Positions 37,779-51,472 of a DNA stretch of 64,000 nt are shown here, in pieces. Source of the stretch: Octopus sinensis (lineage: Eukaryota); contig NW_021836171.1 of assembly GCF_006345805.1 (NCBI RefSeq), forward strand, positions 18,997-82,996, written 5' to 3'. Made by a program: the position numbers and the translations under genes. The notes below the pieces were generated by a model. The model was not told the DNA's origin and made no database searches. It was given only the letters and a program-made list of their open reading frames with translations. The number at the start of each line of letters is the position of its first letter. The stretch's first letter is position 1.

Positions 37779-38354
37779 GCCCTGATGCTGTATGAGGCAG
37801 TGTCTCTCATGGCTTCTGATCTTACTTGATTGGTAGTGTTATCATGTACATTGTTTTGTCGTGGTATAAAGATGGACTACAGCAAATCTTCTGCTCAATA
37901 CCACATATTTGCTTGTCAGTTGTTTGACCTTTTACCAGTTGAGCATGACCCTGAATGGCTGACGATATATGCATCTCTCATCACAAGCAGAATTAGTGGG
38001 CGAGTATCATAACTATGTGTTGAGAGTGATTCTTTGGGTTTTGGATAATTCACCTTTGGAAACATGGGTGTTTCGTTGAACATGCTTAAACAGCCTTTAT
38101 TCAAGGATCTTTTGAGCGGGATGGGCTACTTGAGCAGAAGAAAATTCTAACTGGGCTCCACCCGCAAGTTCATGCGCTGTTAATCTTGCAAGGTCAAGTG
38201 CTGATTATCTTCGTATGAGATCAACATGTCGCGCACATATGGTTGTGATGCATGTATCTGGTGTACCCTTATCAAACAGGTAGTTATGAGGGGTATACTG
38301 AGCTTCGTATATTTACCCCGTGTCCCTTTGATGGCATGCACTGCACTCTCCGTC
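37779..38354. mobile_element. Unclassified ~576-bp non-coding element embedded in (AAT)n
   Basis: Sharp boundaries with (AAT)n on both sides, near-neutral GC, no meaningful ORF. Confidence 0.55.
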
Positions 38355-38949
38355 AATGATGGTAATAATAGTAATAATAATCACAACAACTTCAACAACA
38401 ACGATGGCAATAGACAATATTTCAGTTTGGCTTATGAAATTATAATGGAATAATAGCTGTAGAAGTATTTCTAAGTATTTATTGCGAAATCTCTTATGAA
38501 GCCATGAAGCCAAGTTGCACAGTTCATTACGTAATACAAGCAACATCATATAAATTCATATGAAATATTAATCCTGGGATTTATGATATACCTGAATTCA
38601 TAAATTGAACATTTGTACGCAGAAATATACTAAGAAATATAAACTTTGAGTTAACTGATATACCTGACCTGAAACATTGGAGCAACAGTAGAAAGTATAT
38701 ATCAGTAGTTCAGGTGCAAACGGTTAAGTCCATAGAGAGAATCTCACGATTTAATGTCAGGCCTATATGGCCTTTGATATTGAAGCACTTGCTGCCGAAA
38801 GACAGAGAATTGGCCAACAGCTCGATGATTCAGAGTAGGTTATCATTCATACATATAAAATCCTGTTCTCAGATAAAGGGAAGCCGTGGATTAAAATACC
38901 AGTTGAGATTTTTGATAAGTTAGATCGCTTTCATGAGATTAGGTATATA

Positions 38950-39140
38950 AGGAATCTAATGCGCTTAGCTTAGTTTTTCCTTGGGGCTGGCCAGATTGGA
39001 GCAATCTCAAGATTAATCAGCCGAAATTGCGAGGATGATCCGGTTCTTGACTGAAGATTGAACGCTTCGAATGTCCCGTCCGTGTTTTTTGTATCGTCTC
39101 CTAAATGTTTTGCGTTCTTGTTCCAGTTTGTATTTTTATA
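38950..39140 (+). mobile_element. Penelope-like terminal repeat, family P3
   Basis: Homologous to 15065-15400 and 50405-50701. Confidence 0.55.
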
Positions 39141-39158
39141 CATACATCCATACATACA

Positions 39159-39208
<50 letters not shown>

Positions 39209-39240
39209 CATGCATATATATATATATATTTATACATATC

Positions 39241-39461
39241 TTTTACTCTTTTACTTGTTTCAGTCAATTGACTGTGGCCATGCTGGAGCACCGCCTTTAG
39301 CCGAGCGAATCGACCCCAGGTCTTATTCTTTATAATCTTAGTACTTATTCTATCGGTCTCTTTTGCAGAACCGCTAAGCTACGGGGACGTAAACACACCA
39401 GCATCGGTTTTCAAGCGATGTTGGTGGGACACAGACACACAAACGTATATATATATATATA
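39241..39461 (-). mobile_element. SINE family B, 3' half, cut at its (TA)n by a Helitron
   Basis: Homology. Confidence 0.8.
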
Positions 39462-39862
39462 CTAGCAGTATAGCCCGGTGTTGCTCAGGTTAGTTTGCTT
39501 TTCGACCCTTTAGAATTGGAGTTTTTGAATAGCAAAAAGGTTGCATTATGTAGCTTGTTATTCTCTTTAAGTGAACATTTTTTCTGCAGGAAATACACCG
39601 AAAAAGGGCGACAAAGCAGTAAAAAAGTCGTAAACAATTGGGATTTTTATATAAAAAAGCACCTTTTTGATGTAGATAATTTTTGGCTTTAACTTGATCC
39701 GATTTTAATTTTTTCTTCTACAGAATGAAGAGCAAGACTTCTATCATGCACTGAATTTTGGTCAACTTTCGCCGCAGGGTCTCGGAGGAGATAGTGTTTA
39801 TTGAAGGCTACCAAACCTCCTCCCCACACACACACTGACAACTTTAGCTTTAAATATAAAGA
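39462..39862 (-). mobile_element. Non-autonomous Helitron
   Basis: Minus strand A|TCTTTATATTTAAAGC ... hairpin ... CTAG|T. Confidence 0.8.
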
Positions 39863-39881
39863 TATAAGTGGGCGTCAAGGG

Positions 39882-40159
39882 CAATACATAGACCAAACAA
39901 AAAATAGTTTACGTAAAAAATGGCCCTACACAGATCCCAGATAAAATTTCCCCAAAACAGAAAAATAGCATTCAGCCAACACATAGACATTTGCGCCAAC
40001 AACAAAAATCCAAACTTCAGCATTTTGCCCCTCTACCAATTCAGGCACGATACAACCTGGAGCCAACGAATTAGTAAAGAATCTCTCTTTAATACAAAAT
40101 ACAGACCCCTTTTGAACGCATTTACGACAAATGATGTATCCACCTCGGCCTTAGATTAA
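39882..40159 (+). pseudogene. Penelope-like element GIY-YIG endonuclease remnant
   Basis: QYIDQTKNSLRK(frameshift)MALHRSQI...FSQHIDIC...FSILPLY...RISKESLFNTKYRPLLN, matching the PLE GIY-YIG pattern. Confidence 0.8.
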
Positions 40160-40809
40160 CACAAACACACACCTAAATATTAAAAATGATACACTCAAGA
40201 GATTTCCAAGAATTCCTTAAAAAACAATCACTATTAGAATCCATAATGTGCCAATTCTAAGTCATTTAACACCTTACTACTTTCACATTACCAACATCCA
40301 TTCTTATTCTCCCTTCTCTTTCTTCTTCTTCTTCGTCTCCTTCCTAACTTTATCGCTAATGCTTTTTAGAATTAACACCCACGCAAATTCAAAACATTCA
40401 AAATAAATATTTTCATGAATTGAACACCGACTGCTACCATCTACTGACCATTCAAAATACTACTATCATGGCACTCCCAAATTCTTCTTCCTCCCCTTCC
40501 CCTTCTTCTTCCCTACCAAGAATTCATAACGACCTCGAACCCACAAGAGTAAACAAGAGAGAGAGACAGAGACAGGCAGAAACAAGGAAAATGCCATTTA
40601 TATTTGAACACTATACAAATATTCTTTTAAAAAACTTTTCTTTTAATATTTCTAAATTTAATTATTTAATTAATACAGTTGAAAAAGTTTCAATGACTGA
40701 AACCGGTACAGAAATGTTCTTTTATTTATTTTAGCATTTGCTATTTTGACTTTTTTTCCATATAAATCAACTATTGTGTTCCTTTTCATCCTTATACATA
40801 CATACATAC

Positions 40810-40860
<51 letters not shown>

Positions 40861-41210
40861 TGGCCTCCTACAAGTGAACATGCTTTTTTCCTGCGTTCTT
40901 GAATTTTTCTATCGTCTAGGCTAAAAAAAGGCCCTCAATGTTTGTTTCCTTGTCTTGTTTTTATTCTTGTACTGTATTTTTTGTATTTGTATTTTTGTTT
41001 TGTATTTGTTTTTTATTTGTATTGTTTTTACGTTTTCGTTTATCGTTGAGTTCTACGTCTATTTGTGGTGTCCTGTAATCACACATATATATATATATAT
41101 TTATATATGCATGTATATATACATGTAGATGTAGGTACGTACATATATGTATGTATGCATATATTTTAATTATTAATTTATGTATATATATGTATATATA
41201 TATATATATA

Positions 41211-41378
41211 CTTTATTTAAAAGCAGCAGAAATTTAACAAAAGCTGTTACTCGGAGTTTTACGTTCCCGTTCGTCGGACAGTTTTTTTGTGTTTTCTTTT
41301 AAAAAAACTGTCCGACGAACGGGAACGTGAAACTCCGAATAACAGCTTTTGTTGAATTTCTGCTGCTTCTAAATAAAG
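41211..41378. ncRNA. 78-bp-arm inverted repeat in which each arm is a hammerhead-like motif (Penelope pLTR)
   Basis: Arms 41211-41288 and 41301-41378, 4 mismatches; CTGT-CCGACGA-ACG[GGAA]CGT-GAA-ACT[CCG]AGT-A-ACAG consensus. Confidence 0.75.
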
Positions 41379-42045
41379 CATATTACACTACCTCTGGGAT
41401 TTGAGTACTTTTTCCACCCTGTTTCCCATTTATGTGTTTACTCCGGTATATAAATATAAATATATATACATATATATACATATATATATATATACACATA
41501 TATATAGTCAAAATCTAGTACGGCATTGTAATGTACAACTTGTGTCGGTTCATTTATCGACTTTGATTTCAGAAGTAGGAACGCCTTGAACGAGAACAGT
41601 TATGTGGGGCGAAATACTTTGACACACCCATTGATAATTGCTTAATTAACTAACTAATTAATTATCCATGAAATGCTAACTACACACATATACATATATA
41701 TGCGTGTGTAAGTATGTATTTGTTTATGTGTATATATATATATGTATATAGCATAATATATGTATATGTTTATATATTTATGTGTGTGTGTATATATATA
41801 TATAGTCATTTCTAATATATTCATATGTGCGTATGTGTGTGGTCGTGTTATATGTTTGTGTGTATGTGTTTGCATGCGTGCGTTTTCAATGAACTGTTTT
41901 GTTCTTTATGTCTCCTTTAACTTTGGCGTTGGTCTGTGAGAGGGGGTGATTCCTCTAAGGTCTTGTGTTCTTGCTAGTTATTACATCAGCACGCGAATCG
42001 TTTCTCTTCTCATTCTCTTGGTTGTTTGATTATTTGTGCTCGATA

Positions 42046-42263
42046 TCTTTTACTCTTTATTTGTTTCAGTCATTTGATTGCGGCCATGCTGGATCACCGC
42101 ATTTCGTCAAGCAAACCGACCCCAGAACTTATTCTTTGTATGCCTAGTACCTATTCTATCTTTCTCTTTTGCCGAACCGCAAATTTACGAAACGTAAACA
42201 CACCAGCATCGGTTGTGAAGCAATGCTGTGGGGACAAATACAGACAAACATATACACACACAT

Positions 42264-42304
<41 letters not shown>

Positions 42305-42706
42305 TACGACGGGCTTCTTTCAGTTTCCGTCTACCAAATCCACTCACAAGGCTTTGGTTGGCCCGGAACTTATTCTTTTTTGTAAGGCCAGTACTTATTC
42401 TATCGGTCACTTTTGCCGAACCGCTAATTTACGAAACGTAAACACACCAGCATCGGTTCTCAAGCGATGCTGTGGGGACAAACACAGACACACAAACATA
42501 TACACACACATACACATATATATATATATATATATACATATACAATGGGCTTCTTCCAGTTTCCGTCTACCAAATCAACTCACAACGCTTTGGTTGGCCC
42601 GAGGCTATAGTAGAAGACACTTGCCCAAGGTTCCACGCAGCGGGACTGAACCCGGTACTATGTGGTTGGTAAGCAAGCTACTTACCACGCAGCCACTCCT
42701 ACGCCT
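42046..42706 (-). mobile_element. SINE family B with a ~240-bp internal tandem duplication
   Basis: 42126-42365 repeated at 42366-42600. Confidence 0.85.
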
Positions 42707-43278
42707 ATGTTTATTACGTTTATTATTTTTTCCATGAGATAAATTATTGGTGAGTTTCAGCGACCATCATCCATATGTCAATACATTATGAACCATATAT
42801 ATTAACTACTTCATATTTTCTATTTCAAAGCATATCTTGGCTGAATGTAGCTTCTTCCACAACTTAGGCTGACTTAATGATCTGCGTCTACTTTCGTCTA
42901 CTTACTTTGTTGCGTAGGCGTATTATATTTTACCTTCCACTAGTAATTATTTTCTCTTTCCTATACCAGAAACCACATATCTAAATGTCTGAATAATTTG
43001 AGGATGATTTCTTGTAGTTCATGTGGCCACGCCGAAATTCCTAGCGCCGGACGGACGATAATGAACTGATTGAAATTGTTGAAAGTAGGATTGTAAACCT
43101 ATAAGTTGGACTAATTATATTGCATATCGTTTGGAAATATGCGTGGATAACTGAAGATATACTAAAAACGGTATTTTCTTTCATTTCTAACTTTTGTCAT
43201 CGTTTTGGTTGTCCTTCTCTCTCTGTATCTGTCAATCTATCTAACTGTCTGTCTCTTAATCAGTAGGTATCTCAGGAG

Positions 43279-43310
<32 letters not shown>

Positions 43311-43313
43311 ATA

Positions 43314-43500
43314 TAGGAGAAAATTCGCGAAAAACAAAAGACGAAGAAAGGTGGTGTAGAAAACAAACATATGTATTAGTATAACGCTCGGGAATTGAAA
43401 AAGGCTTTAACGTTTCAAGCCTACTCTCTTCTACAGAAAGGAACACAGAAAGAAACAAGGAGAGAAAAAATTTGTGTAGTGGCTACCGATCTATCATGAT
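43314..43500 (-). mobile_element. Penelope-like terminal repeat, family P1
   Basis: Homology; decayed hammerhead motif at 43405-43440. Confidence 0.7.
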
Positions 43501-43501
43501 A

Positions 43502-43534
<33 letters not shown>

Positions 43535-43995
43535 GCGATTGTCCACTCTATGCGCTGTATCGTCAGACTTTTTATAACTTCTTTTCGTTCACGACATATT
43601 ATTAAAACGGTTATAAAATTATTTAAAACAAATAAGTCATGACTTATCAATAAAACCGGGACAAAAGTAATATGAATGAGAAAATAATAGTGAAACAATC
43701 AGAGAAGTAATGGATATTTACTAGTGATTTCAACCAAAAGCGCAAGGAAGCAGGTTATATATATTTATAGACAAACTGTTTGTGTACGTTTCCGTCTGCT
43801 TCTGTATAAATCTGGAGTATGTTTATATATTTCTTGATGTGGAACTCTACAGGATTAAATGGGAGGATATGTTATCACACTGAATGCAAAGAATGGAATA
43901 TTATCTTGGATTCTCTCCTGCCAGCTTGTGTTAATGTATAGACACGTCTGGACTGAAATGCTTACCATTTTGCTTAAAGAGAGCCCACCAATATA

Positions 43996-44045
<50 letters not shown>

Positions 44046-44652
44046 GCATAGATAATCCACTTATATGGATTCTATGCATTAGAAAGAACAGCTAATTTCT
44101 ATGACCACAAAAATTGAGATAAAAATTCGACAGGAATAAATTTGGAAATGAATAGTTGTTCCTTTTAATGCGTAGAATCCCTCTGAGTTGATTCTCTATG
44201 TGTTTAAATATACACATATCGTATGACTAATATATAGTCTTTTTGACTAAAATTTTTTTACGCGTTAAACCACTGGAAATGTAAATTTTGATTGAATGTT
44301 TTTAATTTTAATTAAATTCCATTTCCCTTTGTTATGATTATATATATGTATATATATATATATATATAATACAATTAAAATGGTGAGTTGAAATATATAC
44401 ATATATTTACGCACCACACACACACATATAGGTATATATATATATATATATATATAGATAAGTATATGTATATATAAGTATATGTGTATATAAGTATATG
44501 TGTATATATATATATATAGGTATATGTATATATAAGTATATGTGTATAATATATATAAGTATATGTATATATAAGTATATGTATATATATATATATGTAA
44601 GTATATGTGTATATATATAATATAAGTATATGTTAAAATATATATATATAAG

Positions 44653-44684
<32 letters not shown>

Positions 44685-46615
44685 AGTATATGTGTATATA
44701 TATATAAGTATATGTATATATATTGGAGTCTATGTGTGCGTATGTCTTGTGTGTGAGTGACTGATTGTCTGTATCTCCATGTGTGTATATATCTATGCAG
44801 CTGTCCGTGCATGTCACACAATATGTTTACCCTTATAGCGCCCACCAATGGATGGCCACGGGCCCTTTTCATGGTAGGAAACTGCAATCTCATCTTGTAA
44901 TATCCTAAAAGCTTCATAATGACAGCAATCATTTTTGCGTTTGGTAGACATAGGAAATCGCTAGAGGACCTAATTGAAAATTTACGCCTAAGTTTCATTT
45001 TGGGGAAGACAGATTTTCTGATTGGTAATTCTCTAATGTAATGATGTTCGCAACTGTTATATCACTGAAACAGACTTGTAAGTGATCACTGAAAAACAAT
45101 TCTTTAGAAATATCGAAACTTTAATATTGACTTAGCAGAATTTTTTACTGAGAGGAATATGTACAGCGCATATCCTATAAATTGATCGAGTTCGGGTACA
45201 TAAGCAACAAATCAACAATTATCACTCAGTAATATTCCATGGAGTGAACATCTGGACAGTTGTACGAACGGACATTTCGAAACATTGCTTCTTTTTCAAA
45301 ATAAAGAAGACAATTATTGACTAAAACAAGGAATATCATATAAGAAATCTTAATCCTAAACTAAACTTGAATTAGTTAACACTGCTAATAGTAGCAATTT
45401 TCGCTCTACAGATTTTCCCATAACGTCTGTTAAACAGTAAACAAGGAATACAAACAGACAATACGAACATTTTCCCCCAAAATATTCCTGTTATTTTGTT
45501 TCTCTTGTCATTTTGCTTAAAACAATTATTAATGTTTACGAAAATCTTTCTCCAGATATATACATATAGACATATGTGTACATATGTATGCATGAGTGTG
45601 TATGTGTGCATGTATGTTCGTGTGCGTGTGTGCGTGCATGGGTTTTTGTATGTATTTGTGTTGCTTTCGTGCATGTTTTAGAAAATATAGTCAATAAACA
45701 AGGACCGAAAATCTCTACGACATGAGATAACTAGCGCACCACCATTACTACTAGTAAATCAGCCAATAGACATACGGACAAACTGTCGATATCAACGACA
45801 TCATGAGAAGAACAAATGACAAAAACACGACTGAAGCCAGAAGTCTCTTGCGTGATTTGTAGGTGCTTGATTTCTTTTATGATTATATAAGGCAATTCAT
45901 ATTTTCTCTTTCCAGTATACAAGATGTAATGATTATATAATATATATCATGTTGATCGTCCACACGAATATGTGTATGCACACATATTTAATATATATGT
46001 ATATATATATGTAAGTATATATATATGTATGCATATATATATATGTATATATATAAATATATGTATATAAATATATGTGTATATATATAAATATATGTGT
46101 ATATATATGTATGCATATATATGTATGTATATATATAAATATATGTGTATATATATATGTATATATATATATATGTATATATATGTGTATATATATATAT
46201 GTGTGTGTGTGTATATATATATGTGTATATATATATATATGTGTGTATATATATATATGCATGCATGCTTGTGTTTGTGTGTGAATATGTATCTGTATAA
46301 ATTTATTTGTATGTTCAAAGAAAAAGATTTATCCTAATACATTTTGGATGCTTCTATGTACGAGTGGATATATACTGTCAAATACATACCACAAATACAC
46401 ACACACACATATATATATATGTACACACACATCTATATTTTCCATTCCTGTAATTTCCCATGTATGAATATACGTACGCTTCAGTCTATAAATATTTCAC
46501 TGTCTGTCTCCCTCAAACTCTCACTGCGTGCATATTTATGTGTATATATAGATATGTGTGTGTGTGCTTGTGTGTGCCTATGTTTACAGATACACATACA
46601 CACACACGCACCATA

Positions 46616-46666
<51 letters not shown>

Positions 46667-48099
46667 AATTCTCCTCATAAACACTAACGCACAATCAGTG
46701 ACACATACATGCTGTCTTTATGCCCGACATATCTATAAGCGTGTGTATGTTTTTATATATGTATTTATTGATGAAAATATTTATATGTAGTAGAATGTGA
46801 AATTTTTTATCACCAATTGTAATTAATCATCAAAAGATTTCTATAATAATTGTTATCCATGCAATTTTCACATCACTGACATAATGTTTATATTGTTATG
46901 GCTCAACTCTTGTATAGCTATGGAGGAAGCGTGGTATTTCAGGCATAGAAACATTCAGTCTGCGGGAACGTCATTTTTCCTTTGGGAATAAGATTTGAAA
47001 AAAATATATATATTTTATGATTTCATCTAAGTATTATATATAATTAAAATATATGTATGTGTGAATATTAGTTTCAGCAGGTTTGGCTGCACGAGTGTCT
47101 GTGTTTCCACGTATATGTGTATTGACTAGTTGAACTATCCAGCTTTTATGTATAACACGCATATACATTTACATATGTTTGTATGCGTGCCATTATATGC
47201 TTCAAACTTTCTATATTAATATAAATGTCAGTATATATTTTATGTGTATGTACGTACATGTGTGCGTATGTATGTGCGTATCACCTCATTAATTTCCTCT
47301 AATTTCGTCGTCCCGATTATTATATAATTATTCATTTAGAACATTCAATGAATTATGGTTTTGAGAGACGAATTGGCATCTGATCTCTTAAATTCTTGTA
47401 TGACACATTGCCATATAGGTGATGTTTTACCCATTCAGAGTAATTCCATGTTGATAGCTTAGCTTTTCGGGTTATTCACAATGAGCATAGAAAATATCAA
47501 ACTAGTGAAATATTAAAATTTGGCCGGTTTTTATATAGTACGTCACGTCAGCGCATGTTTTACCATGACCAGCCACAGAGAATATCATCATTTGTACACA
47601 AGCTGATGAAATGATAGGATACAGAACGAAATATTTCTCGAGGGAAAGAGAACGAGTTAGTAGCGAATTTATCCTTATTTAATGGTATTTCGAACACATC
47701 CTGATTCAATTAAATTTCCACACAACGAACACTGAAGATGTATGTGCATTGAGCTTCACTCACGAACACAAAACATATATATATATATATATATATATAC
47801 AAGCATAATTCAGATGTTGAAAGAGTTTGGTACATTTTTTTTTTGAAGATTTTAAGTATTACATAACGGTGTGTTAAGTTCTGCTTCTCCAGTTTGTTCT
47901 ATGAAACACAAATGCATATAGACACGCACACACATGAACGTGATCCAGTGGTAAAATCCCGAATAATAGGACATACTTCCACAAAAATAAGCAGTCACTA
48001 AATACACCCAACTATGAGGGTCTATATAGCTATGTATTAATATATGTGCCTTTTATACATCCCTCTATTTCTCTCTCACTATAAGTACATCCTAATAAT

Positions 48100-48758
48100 T
48101 ATATATATAGGTTTGTATGTATATATATATATATATATATGTATGTATATATAGATAGATATAGATATATATATATATAGATAGATAGATATATGTATAT
48201 ATATATGTATGTATATATAGATAGATATAGATATATGTATATATATATATATGTATGTATATATAGATAGATATATGTATATATATATATGTATGTATAT
48301 ATAGATAGATATAGATATATGTATATATATATATATGTATGTATATATAGATAGATATAGATATATGTATATATATATGTATATATATATAGATAGATAT
48401 AGATATATGTATATGTATGTATATATAGATAGATATAGATATATGTATATGTATGTATATATAGATAGATATAGATATATGTATATGTATGTATATATAG
48501 ATAGATATAGATATATGTATATGTATGTATATATAGATAGATATAGATATATGTATATGTATGTATATAGATAGATATAGATATATGTATATGTATGTAT
48601 ATATAGATAGATATAGATATATATATATAGGTATAGATATAGAATATGTATGTATATATAGATAGATATAGATATATGTATATATATATGTATGTATATA
48701 TATATATATGTATCTAATATATATATGTATATATATATATAGTTATATTATATATATG

Positions 48759-48792
<34 letters not shown>

Positions 48793-48870
48793 GGTATAGA
48801 TATATGTATATATATATATATATATACACACATACACGCATAAATAATACACACACACATATATATATAT
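48100..48870. repeat. TA/GATA microsatellite with a 36-bp higher-order unit
   Basis: gatagatatagatatatgtatatgtatgtatatata repeated ~48391-48600. Confidence 0.92.
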
Positions 48871-50351
48871 ATACATATATATATAAAGAGAGAATAGAAA
48901 AATATATGAGAGAGAGAGAGTGACAGACAGATGTTTCTGTGTGTAGATGTATATGAGCACATACACAACACCACACGCACATATATTCTTATATGTAATG
49001 CCATTATGTCTATATATATATATACTACAAAATCTTTTCTGGCTGCTGCGCTAAAGTGTGAAAAACCATGCACTCGACTACAAATGCCACCACAATTTAT
49101 ACACCAAAGCATTGACAATTGTTAGGGTGTCACGTTAGAAATACTGCTATATTGTACTAATGTAATGCACCCTTCCTGTGATTAGTGACTGTATTCAGTC
49201 AAACAAGTTGCATGGCCTTTAGAGAAAAGCTTGTAACTAAAAAGCACAGCAGCTATTCAAATATATATGCCTATATACGTCGTATTTCGTGCTGTCAAAG
49301 AAAGAAGCTCTGTAGTATTTGCGATGTATAACCGTAAAGATCTTTGCACATTAAAATTGGTGATTTACTAAAAATTGATTTATGACACGATAGACGTGCA
49401 TACGAAGCCGTTTGATATAATTAGGTATGTAGAATACTTGATCCACTGAATGCCTTTGCATCACTGTACTAATTTTGAAGATGCAGCTAGAAATTTTAAA
49501 GAGATATTAAATGATATGAGCTGATACTTCAGTGTACTTAACTTTATTGACGTAAACCTCGCCAATGTCAAATGTTACGAAGGTGAAATAAGATAAACAA
49601 TGACAAGATTATTCGGCAGCTTGCCTCTGAAATGTGTTGCTCATAGAACAAATAATAGTGTAAATAAGAAGTGGGTGGGAAATACTGTAGATATCTAAAT
49701 CATAAATAACACTGAAATCATCTACAGCTACACGTAGTTATCAATGATTTTCTCCATATACAATGTAGTATATTAACAATGCATGTTTCAAAGGAAACCA
49801 TATCTACGTACTCCGCAAGAAGCAGTCGGTATCTGTTCTCTTTGAACACCTGCAGATCTAGGTAATAATGCATTCAAGAAAATATTCTCAAGCAGAACTA
49901 CTTCGAAAGTACATCTACGGCAGCGAAAGACATAAAATTCAAAGAATCAGTGCCAAGTGTTCCATCAAAAAATTAGAAAGGAAATGATTCAGTTTCTATA
50001 GGAAAATTCTTGACTAAAATTAGTGAACTATACAACAGCATCAAAATGTCCTGCTAAAACCAGCATTCTTACAAATCTAGACTAAACTGAAATGCAACCA
50101 CGATGCATGAGGAAGGAGAAAGGCAATGCGGAGATGTAGAAAATATAAAATAAATGAAATTTGCAAAAGTATGAAATATAGTACTCTGTAAAACGACTCA
50201 AATTTCGAAGGCAATATGCTTTGACTGCAGACATCAAAGCAATAAATTAAATACTGAGGGAAGGGTTTAAAAGTAATTTTAATTTTTACATTGGGAACAA
50301 ATAAATAAATAAATCAGATGAGTATATATATATAATAATATATATCTATAT

Positions 50352-50387
<36 letters not shown>

Positions 50388-50404
50388 GGAATGGAAATTT
50401 TATA

Positions 50405-50701
50405 TATAAAGAACGTGAAATACACGAAGGGACGAATACGGAAAACAGACAAGTCATTCGAAGCCTTCAATCTTCATTCAGAAACCGAATCCTCATGGCA
50501 AATTTCGGCTGATTAATTCTGATATTTGCTCCAACTCGGCCAGCCCCAAGGAAAAAAACTAAGCTGTGAGCATTAGATTTCTTGGTCGAAGGAAAGAATG
50601 TAAACGCAACAGAGACGAATATAAATACAAGAAACGAAACCAAAATTGAAAACAATAATGGTTAAAAACAGGATAACAGTGGGTGTCTTACGACTTTAGA
50701 C
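50405..50701 (-). mobile_element. Penelope-like terminal repeat, family P3
   Basis: Homology to 15065-15400. Confidence 0.55.
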
Positions 50702-50904
50702 AAAATGAGACAAAAATAACTTATATATATATAAACCGTAGTTGAAATTACCTTAAACTCAACTGGCTTCCTAACAATTGTCTTAAAATTATAAAAAAAA
50801 CAAAAACATGTAAAAAAAAGCTTAAGCAAAACCAGTTCGGGTAATTTACCGAAGTTTTCATGCAAGTTGTAAATTCTACTGAATTTAAAAGACATATATT
50901 TGTA

Positions 50905-51240
50905 AAGGCACAGGGCTCAGTGGCTAGAGCGTCGAGCCTACGATCGTGAGGTTGTGAGCTCGAATCCGGGACCGGGCTGCGTGTTGTGTTCTTGAGCAAG
51001 ATACTATTTCACGTTGCTGCGGTTCACTCAGCTGTAGAAATTAGTTGCGACGCCACAGGTGCCAAGATTTATCGGCCCCTTTGCCTTTCCCTTGGATAGC
51101 AATGGTGACGTAGAGAGGGGAGGCCGGTATGCATGGGCGACTGCTGGTCTTCCGTAAACAACCTTGCCCGCACTTGTGCCTGGGAGGGTAACTTACTAGG
51201 TGCAATCCTATGGTCTGTGTCGTGACAGAAAGGGGTCTCA
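50905..51240 (+). mobile_element. SINE with family-D-like head and body and a distinct tail
   Basis: tRNA-like head, gtgttgtgttcttgagcaagatac body, unique 3' half. Confidence 0.75.
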
Positions 51241-51316
51241 GAATTGGTCCCTTTCAATAAAAGTGTAAACAGAGCCGACACAGAGAGTATTATCTTAAGA
51301 AACAAAATACATAAAT

Positions 51317-51432
51317 GAAAAGGGTTTGCCTACTGACACTCAGCTGAGACATGCCCAGGAAGATACCTCACACATCTGCAGTATTAAGGCTGAATGTTGA
51401 AACACCTGCTTATCAATTTAAACGTAGATGTA

Positions 51433-51472
<40 letters not shown>

